A DNA stretch of 64,000 nucleotides from Chrysomallon squamiferum (taxonomy: Eukaryota; Animalia; Mollusca), in assembly GCA_012295275.1 (NCBI GenBank), contig CM022679.1:15066001-15130000 (forward strand), in the 5' to 3' direction. The notes beneath the pieces are model-generated. The model saw only the letters and a program-made list of their open reading frames with translations. It did no database searches and was not told the origin of the DNA. Each line of letters opens with the position of its first letter. Within the stretch, counting starts at the first letter, position 1. This document shows, in pieces, positions 54,520 to 64,000 of the stretch. The translations under genes and the position numbers were made by a program.

Positions 54520-55850
54520 TCTCTTATTACCAGTTAACAAGACATGTACATAATTTATTATCCTGTTACAATTTTGAAAAGAAAAAGAAAATCTTTATGT
54601 ATTTGCTTGATTCTGAATGTGCAAAAAACAAATTGTATAAAATATATATATATGTTTAAGAACTAGACAATGTATTTTTTGCTACAGTGTTAGTCACTAG
54701 TTTATGGATGTTTGTGTTGAAAGTTTTAGACTTTTAGACCGTAAGTGACTTTGTACAAATTGTTTTTTGGGGTTTTTTTAGACAGATTTTTGTCTAATCA
54801 TATTTTTTCTTCTTTGGAAGTCATCTGTTTAGTTATTTTAAAAAGAAAACAAAATTTGTTAAAATATTTTCTCATTTTTATTTTGGTCTGTTGTGAAGGA
54901 TCACAGGGTGTTTTTTTTTTGGAAGTTTAAGGGTGTAGGTTTAGAATTGTTATAAATTTGTTGATTAGAAATTTATATTTATTAATATTCAGAGGCACAA
55001 AATAACTTTTTTTAAATAGGCGAATATTTTCTTATTTTCCACTTGAAATATAAAATATAACTTTTTATAAATTTTCAAAATACTCAGTTTTGAAAAATAC
55101 ACTTTTTTTTTTACATGTCATATTTATATATTTAAATTTTTTTAAAAGACCTTTATGGTTGTGTGAAAAATATTTATAATGTGGGCCAGATTGTTTTGAC
55201 AGCATATTGTATTTTCACAAACACATCACTGTATTCATAGAGCACATTGTAGGGTTATGTCAGATACAGAAATAGTTTAAAAAAAAAAAAAAGTAATAAA
55301 AAAAAAAGAAGAGAAGATTGTATTACATAACTGCAAGCACCAGCAGGAAAAAAGATAAACCAAAATATTTTGAATAGGTTAATTCTAGAGTAGGATCGGT
55401 CAAAGCAATGCAACAATGATTGAAGCTTAATAGAGAATGAATTTAACTATTTGCATGTATGTGTAATCAAAAATTTGCATGTTTCCCGTACAACCCAGGA
55501 CATAAAACAAAACCCCTAAAAAAAAAAATACTTTTCAGTTACGCTGACAGAATTTTGAAATATTTTTTTTATTTTAAGGCGAGTGCCTGTTGTATGAAAC
55601 ATGTCTTGTTGGCTGGTATGGTATTCCACATTTCTTGGTGGAGCGAGTTTGGAATGGGTAATGAATGTGTGCATGTGTGTGTTTAGAATACCATTTATTA
55701 GCCTATGTAAGTCATTCCTATTTAAATATCTGGTGCTGCGGTTGTTAATAACTTATTGAAAATATTGAGGCAACTTGTGGGAGAGATCTTGTGCCCCTTT
55801 CTATTTGTGAAAAATGTTTTTGACTTAGAAAAACACTGGTTACTTCCATA

Positions 55851-55902
<52 letters not shown>

Positions 55903-58721
55903 AAATAATTAAAATCTTTTATTGAAATTTTTTATTTTGGATTGTAATTTTTGGGGTTTGAAACAGGCAGGAACTGATACATTTGAAATTTGAAGTGACT
56001 TTTTGAAATTTTTGGGGATTATAATTGATAACTTAAAAAAAGCTAGTCGTTAAAAATTATTTCAGACTGTCAAGTTTTTGTCTTCGAACCACTTTATGAA
56101 TTTCATCTTTTACGTTTGTCATCTTCATGTTATTTTGTATCAGACATTATGAAAAATAAAGTGTATAAATTTTATCTGTTTGTTTGTGTTCCTCAAAATA
56201 TATTGTAAAAGTAGATATTAATTCACTAAAATGTGAAAAAAAAATTGATTCCTCATCACAATTCTTCACTTTAACTGATCTATAAATTAAAAAAAAAAAG
56301 ATGAACATGATTATCAACTGAAAAGGCAATGCTCAAAACTGATTACTGATCTGTGATCTTAGACCATTTGATCACAACAAAATGCAGATTAAATTAAAAA
56401 CGAATATTTCTGAATCTGAGCTCATTGATAGGTCACAGTATGTGTGCATTACAAATTACTTGTGAAGCTGAGGTTTGCTCTTGAATTACAATGCTGTAAA
56501 ATCTATCAATATAAAAATTAATTTTTGTTACCAGATGGTGAATACATAATAAACACTGATTCTTCTTGTACTTTGAAACAAAACAAGTTTACTGACAGGC
56601 ATGAAACTGGTTTATAATAGGCAGTATTTTCCCTCTGCATTGTCTATGCAATATATTAAACTTGTAAACCGTTACTGATTCTAAGCAAAGTGAGCTGTCA
56701 TATTTCCCAACAGATTCTTAATATCCTATATTTCAGCATTCAATTTAACTACTTAATTTTCCTTAAAAGTACATAAAAGCAGGTTTTGAGGTTCTGTTTT
56801 GATATTTGATGAACAAGAACCCATGTGATGGATTCACTGTAGTGTGGAGATTATCACTGTTCAGTGTTTAATTCTCACCCAAACAATGAAGTACATGTAC
56901 CACGGTAATCATTACCAGTCCATAAAATCAACATGAATCTGGGCTGAAATACTACTTGAAAAAGTCCATAAATTTCTGCAGAGGCTTGACTTTGTTATTA
57001 AAATTACTAACTGATCTTGTCATCATTGTTCTATGTATTTATAGCTAAACAATTATATACATATTTAAAAGTTATTGTTATTATTGTTATTATTGTTATT
57101 ATTGTTATTATTATTATTATTATTATTATCTTTACCATTGTCATCATTAGCAGAGTTTTTATCAGTATGACATCAACTACATTATTTTCGTATCTTGTAA
57201 CTTAAATAATTCATCTGATACTGAATTAGAAAGTAGCTGGTACTGGTTAGACCACTGGTAGCACCTTCAGAGTCTGATAATAAAGCACATGGTGCAGGGA
57301 TTAGAAGTTACAGTCATTTTTAATAGATAACTAATCATTTTTTTTTAAATGGACAAAGAGACATCTTACTGATCACAAATGAAGTATATTAGCAGGGCCC
57401 CATGTAGTTTCTCAGAGTATCAGAAAATGTAAATTTGGAATTCTGTTTAAAATCCTTGTAAGCAAATATCCACAATGCTAAATAAATGTTGATGTATTCA
57501 GGTCAGAGGGAGAACTAAGGTGGGGGGGAGGTGGCAGAGAGAGAGCTGTACTTTTTAATTCACACTTGCTCACCAGTTAATTCTTTTGTTGTGATTTTAT
57601 TTGAAAAGTAAATATGTCACATCCCTTTAAACCAATATGAACGAAAGTGAATGGAACGTCTTTTAAAAGCATCATGTCCTACTTTTATCATCACTGGCCT
57701 TCAAACACAGTTTTCTTAAAGCTGTGATTCAGAATCACTCTTGTGTGAAAATGAGGACATCCAATGAAAGTTGTGTACTTCTGTATTTCTGTCACTGATG
57801 TGGAAAAATCTCGGACTGCCACGTTGTAATGATATGGATGAGTAATCAGTTCATTTCCGTGACACCTGGGTAGTATGAGACAACCTCGTAATCTTATCTA
57901 TGTAAATAAAGTGACTGAACTCGTCTTTCTGCTTTTCACGTTGATCACAAACACGGTGGACAACAGGGAAAAAGACTTTTCAAGTCTACTTTCCATAGTA
58001 ATATATACCACCTACTGTTTCATTTTATTTGTGGGTAATCTATACACAGATAAATAAAAAAAAGTAATGTGTTTGTGTATGCATGTATGTTTACATGACA
58101 TACATACATAGTTTCATAAATACATCTTTCCAAACATTAGCATGTGGATATATACATTTTTTTTATCTTGTAGAATAATACATCTATATAACTATGAAAT
58201 ACATATTCACTTGTAAGTCCATTAACAAACACGTTTGTGGTAATATTTATTATTATTTTATTCCTTAGTATCTCTAATGCCCAGTATATTGGTGATAATT
58301 TTGACTTTGCCTGAATCTACAAGTTACCACATAAGCTGTCACAATGAATTATAACAGAATCTGTGAGGCATCATATCACATTTTTATCAGCCCAGTACAA
58401 TGCCTGGGTACCACAGTCCAAATGTTTACCATCAGATACTCATGTTGGCAGTAAAGTGGTTACCAAAACTTCTAAATTCAGGTATTTGCTGTGTGTGGTA
58501 TAAAGGGTGATATCACTACAATTGCAGTTTGGTTTGAAGAATAAAATAGACCAAAATCATTTTAGAACATTTAGTCCAAATATACTTGTCCTTTTTATAA
58601 ACTCTCGACTGCTGACATACATTATTATTCATTTAAAACTACTTTGCTATGTGTGGTATAAAGGGCTGACATGCATTATTATTCATTTAAAACTATTGGG
58701 TTATTTTTTATGACAGGGTCA

Positions 58722-58833
58722 GCAGGATGTAGCTCAGTGAGACAAGTTCTGTTCAGGATGTGATAGATCTTCAGATCAAATCCTCGTGGTGGATCAACTG
58801 AATTATTTTCATTTATATATATTTTTATTTTTT

Positions 58834-58880
<47 letters not shown>

Positions 58881-59181
58881 TTTTATTTTATTTTTATTTA
58901 TTTGTTTATTTTTTTTTTTTTTTTTTTTTTTTAGCCTATAGGCCTACTAAACAACTGGTTTTCTATAGATCATGGTATATATTATCTGTCTATGAGAAGG
59001 TGTATATAAAAGATATCTTTCTGCTGATAGAAAAGACAGACCATGAAGAAGCAGCAGCAAGTTTGGTTTTTTGTCGTTTTTATTATTTTTTATTAATTCA
59101 GTGCTCCTTCAAACGTAAGTTGAAAGGTTTATAACTGAAAACAATGTTTAGTGTGTCACTGAAAACATTTTTCCTTCCTTC
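58722..59181 (+). mobile_element. Degenerate tRNA-derived SINE interrupted by a (TTTA)n/poly-T expansion
   Basis: The tRNA-like head has an A box GATGTAGCTCAGTG and a B-box-like GATCAAATCC. The body reads 'acaactgg..catggtat..tatctgtctatgagaaggtgtatataaaagat..' and the tail is (TTCC)n. It resembles a SINE family I recall from gastropod genomes (not verified). Confidence 0.65.
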
Positions 59182-61424
59182 ATGTTGTCACTGAGGTGTT
59201 TTAATTTCACATATTCTGTTGTCGAATGAACATCACTTTTTAATTTATTTCTTAATTTCTAGTCACTGTTGGTTTCATTTTTATAAATACATATTGTTGT
59301 ATCAAAACAACAAATTTAATTTAAAAAACAAACAAACAAATGAAATAGATCAGAAATAATTTATCTAGCACTATAGCACACACACACATATAAACAAACA
59401 TACAAACTGACAAAACATTATACAAGGTCAAAATAACTGTGGTTTTTGTTGTTGTAAAAATGAAAATATTCTTTTTCAAGGATCATATTTTGTGTTTTCA
59501 TTCTATAATTTATTCGTGAAATTCGTCAACAGATAAATCTGCAGTCTGCCATAGCTAATTACATAACAGTGGGTAGTAATTATACAACAAGATTAATCAG
59601 AAACAAATAAAAATTTACATTTGTATGTAAGACTTTGGTATAACATCATCTTGTAACATGGACATTTTCTTTTTATGTTATTTAACAACAAATCAAATTA
59701 ACAAAAAGAAATAAAATCAAAATAAGACAGAGAAAATTTGAATGGTATATTATACCAAATATTTAAAAAAAATAAAGTTAAACAAAAATTAAAATAAATA
59801 AATAAATATTATTATTTTTGTTAGTTACTGATTGTTAGATTAAATATTTGAGCAAATTAAAAGCACTATAAGTTTAAAATAATAATAATAATAATAATAA
59901 AATAAAATGTTTTTACAAAACTATTAGAATGATTCTGCTATACAAATTGATGTATAAAACTCAAAATATGTTATTTGTTTCACATCTCTGAAAATATATC
60001 AACACAATTGTTAATTAGTATTTTAACTTTTCTAAAAAAAAAAAAAGGTAAATTATAAAATTTTAAATCAGCTTTGTTTCTTTACAATGTTAAAAAGCAA
60101 CAGTCAATCATCAATAACAAAAAATGTATAATCAAAATTGTTACATGGCTCCTACTTGTTCTTGTGCAAATTAATAACAATAACAATAATAATAATAATA
60201 TAATTAAAATAATACTAATAATAGTGTTAATAGTAAAAATAATACTAATTAGAAGAATTTTTATTTTTAAAAGACCAACAAACAAAAACAAAAATAAATT
60301 CCCCAAAAAACAAATAACACTAAAACAAAATAAATTAAATCAAAAATAAATAGACAAACAAAATCACTACTATGTCATCTTTATTTGATCTTTGAAATAT
60401 TTATTTAAAAAAATGAATTTTAAATTGTATTTGGAAACCAGCTGAATTTCGGTACCATTATTTTAGATTGCTAGTCAAATAAAACAGCAAGTATAAAAAT
60501 CACAAAGTAAACTATTTTGAAAAACTAACTTAAAAAACTCTAACAACCCCTACCCCCAAATATACCCCAAAACTCAAAAACAAAACAAACAATAATAATA
60601 ATAACAGTAACAAAAAGAAAATGAAAATATCGGCACAAATAATCAATATTATTGTAATATATATGCTTGTAAGGATTACAAAATATACCATTTAAAATAC
60701 ATATATTAGATATCAAAGCACACATTAAAAAAAAAAACACACAAAAATGATGGTCCAGTAAAGGTTTTACCGCAGGATGGAAAGAAAAGAAACATGGCAC
60801 AAACTTGAGTAGTGATTAGCAAAATACCGGGGTCTGCTTTGGTCTCACAAAAATAATCCTAGACATTTTTTTTTTTTTTTAAATATCAGATGATATCACC
60901 GGGTTGAATGATGTCAAACACTGTCAGAAGTTCTTAAAATTTACAGTCATACTTTTTTAATACAAAATTTTCAAAAACAATCTTGTATGTATATGTCAGA
61001 CATAGTTCTGTTATTTACATACAATTATGTTGCTGAAATATGGTTGCATATTTCAAATTTTTGAAAATTCAAATACAATTATTTGTAGTTTAAATATTAT
61101 TAAATACATGCTTCAATATATACTGGAGTTTTTGGTAACAATAAAATATTTAAAAATAATAAAATAAAAAACAGCATTTGAGAAAATATTTGTTTCATTG
61201 AGAACAGATATAAAACAAATCAACACAAACTGGTTCTATTCATCTATCTGCTTTAAAATGTGTAAAATGATGTTGTTCATCTGTATGATTGTCAGCTCAT
61301 CTGGTATTATTCAATAACATGAAATTCAGTACATTCTGTTGTTATTAGACTACAGGAAACAATATTTATTATAATTTGGTTCTATGGGTACACAGCATTT
61401 AGCATAATTTGGTTTTATATAATA

Positions 61425-61426
61425 AT

Positions 61427-61492
<66 letters not shown>
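61425..61492. repeat. (TAA)n microsatellite
   Basis: Direct inspection. Confidence 0.95.
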
Positions 61493-61493
<1 letters not shown>

Positions 61494-61502
61494 TTAATCT
61501 GC

Positions 61503-62085
61503 TGCACAATATTCAGTATTACTTGGGATATTTGACTATTAGTTGCAAAAAATTCTTTATATTTCAGTATTATTTAATAATAACTTAGTACACAATATTC
61601 AGTATTATTTGATATGAATTTTTCACTGTATTTCATTGTTATTTAATAACAACAATATATTCAGTACTGGGTATGAAATATTCACTGTAATTTACTGTTA
61701 TTCAACTACTGGAACACAATATTCAGTATAATTCAGTTTTTATCGTAACGCTAGGTATAATATAGTTTTATTTGACTCACCAGGTATATTTTATTCAATA
61801 CAATTTTGTGTTATTTGACTACCGGGTACACAATATTAGTATAACTGAATTTTATTTGACTAACTTAGCATATGATATTAAATAAAATTTTCTTATTTGA
61901 CTAATGGGAATACAACATTCAGTATGATTTTGTGTTATCTGACTACTGGGTACACAATATTCAGTATAATTTATTTTTAGCTGACTAATGTAGCATATAT
62001 CATTAAATAATATATTTTGTGTTATTTGACTACCGGGTACACAATATTCAGCATGTTTCAGTGTTATTTGACTAGGGATATACAC
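61503..62085. repeat. Degenerate ~40-43 bp minisatellite
   Basis: Recurrent unit of approximately ttttgtgttatttgactaccgggtacacaatattcagtata. The best copies are at ~61805, ~61928 and ~62016, with more diverged copies to the left. Confidence 0.85.
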
Positions 62086-63679
62086 TACCTTCTGCTATCT
62101 TCAGTTGTGTTATAGGGTGAACAATATTCTATTATTAACTATCAAACAATAATTTTCAACAACTAGAAAAAAAATTAAACAATGAGATATGAAACTGATG
62201 GCTTACATGATATAAACAACCAATTATTTAACCATTAAGATGTAAATAATTTAATACAAAAATTTATATTTTATAGCAGTATAGGCATGTATTGAAAAAA
62301 GGGGGAAAAAAAACCCCACCTAAATAAATATTTATGTAATGCAGATAAAATCTAGTTTTAAAGCATTTACTTTTATTTATTGTATTACAAGAAAATTATA
62401 TATAGAAAGTAAATGAAAAAAATAATCCTATTATCAAGAACTTATATAGTATGTATGTATGAACGTATAAACAAAAATGTATTTAGATTTGTATTATTCA
62501 TACTATTTAAAAAATAGCTGACAAATAAACTATCATGTTAAACAAATATATTTATATTATAAATAATTTATTGTTTATTTATTGTATTTCACAGATATTT
62601 GTGGGTATTAATAAAACTTCATTTATGTAAATAAAGTTTGAGAGTATTATATATAGTGGTCTGGTTTGAATGTGAATGTTTTTATAAACAGACTGCATAT
62701 TATTTTACACTCTATCTTTTTTTACATAGTTAATTCAAAGATTATGTATGATATAAAAATAATCCTGCTTTAAAACCATCAATTAAATAATTAATACAAT
62801 ATACATCTAGCAAAGATGTCTGAACTTGCACAAGATCTTTTTACATTTGAAATATTTCAAAACAATTTTCTTTAGGGTACTTCTGAATCATAATGAAGCC
62901 AATCTTTATTTATTTATTTTTTATTATTTTATTACTATTACTATTATTATTAATATTCCTATTTGTTTTATCTTTTTTTTTTACTGGTACACTAAATTTT
63001 AAAAATTCATGTGCAAATAATATATATTTTAATTCAAATAGAATGTTTTAAACCTTCATAGTGAATCTTTTTTTCAGTATATAAATTTTATTTTTTAAAT
63101 TCATACATTTAAAGTTGTCTTCAAAATCTGTACAGAATAAAAAAATTTAAACTTCATTTAGAAAAGTTTAATCTTTTTAGCATGTACATATATTTAAAGT
63201 TGTTTTTAATTTGTACAGAACATTTTATGTTTTAATTTAAACAGAATTTTTTTTTTTATTTAATTCCTTAAAAAATGTTATCTTTTTATTTGATATACAA
63301 AATTTATAAATTCATTTACTTTGACAGTGTATATTAATGAACACACCAGCAGATTATGACAGAGAAGTAAATTTACCATATTCATTCACATGGTGATAAA
63401 TTATTATCAAAAGTGTACTTCAGCTGCTAGAAAATGACAGATATGTTTTTTACTGAATTTGTCAGTAATTGTGAAGAGTGTTTGGTAGAAATCAGAATAA
63501 GGATGAACATGTGATTTTTTTACCAATGATGAAAATGAAAAAAAATAACCTGTAAGCAGCAAAATAAAAATGTTTAAATCTGAAGAGAGAAAAAAAAAAA
63601 TTATAATAAAAAGGACAAAAAAAAACCCCATGATAATTTAAATATAAAATATTTGAAAAATTATCCATATGGTGCAATT

Positions 63680-63916
<237 letters not shown>

Positions 63917-64000
63917 TCTGTATTGTTTTGTACATTATGTGTATTCAGATAAAATAAGTAACAGTTGATAATTTGTAGACAAGTAAATTTGATTTTCACC

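Noticed and set aside
61503-62085. CRISPR-like periodicity
   Set aside because: Eukaryotic context, degenerate contiguous units, no unique spacers and no cas genes.
63407-63580. Possible minus-strand terminal exon after a strong acceptor (ttttctctcttcag at ~63580), with 59-63 kb as a long 3' UTR
   Set aside because: The translation is low-complexity and unrecognisable, and any upstream exons would be outside the window; it cannot be supported.

Overview
This is very AT-rich, microsatellite-dense, intron-rich animal genomic DNA. It is probably molluscan, an inference from the repeat style only. Most entries in the supplied ORF track are simple-repeat artefacts. Manual splicing (GT-AG, all phases compatible) gives three + strand genes. 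(1) The 3' end of a GPI-anchored stereocilin/otoancorin/mesothelin-family gene (84-4154), whose 30-nt stalk microexon has been duplicated by a recent ~1.13-kb tandem duplication. (2) A complete 25-exon, 1219-aa tandem paralog (10891-30874) with a signal peptide, an Asp-rich N-terminus, helical solenoid repeats, a KRRRKR furin site, a stereocilin-like C-terminal module and a GPI signal; its intron 1 carries a consensus RFX X-box. (3) A complete 11-exon, 503-aa protein disulfide isomerase (P4HB/PDIA1, 45202-54422) that ends in PGEL rather than KDEL and has ERSE/UPRE-like promoter motifs. Also present are a deleted Tigger/pogo transposon, an RTE LINE scrap, tRNA-derived SINE copies, MITE-like elements, a ~42-bp minisatellite, and an unexplained hairpin-rich ~350-nt island at 34.8-35.2 kb containing a telomere-template-like motif.
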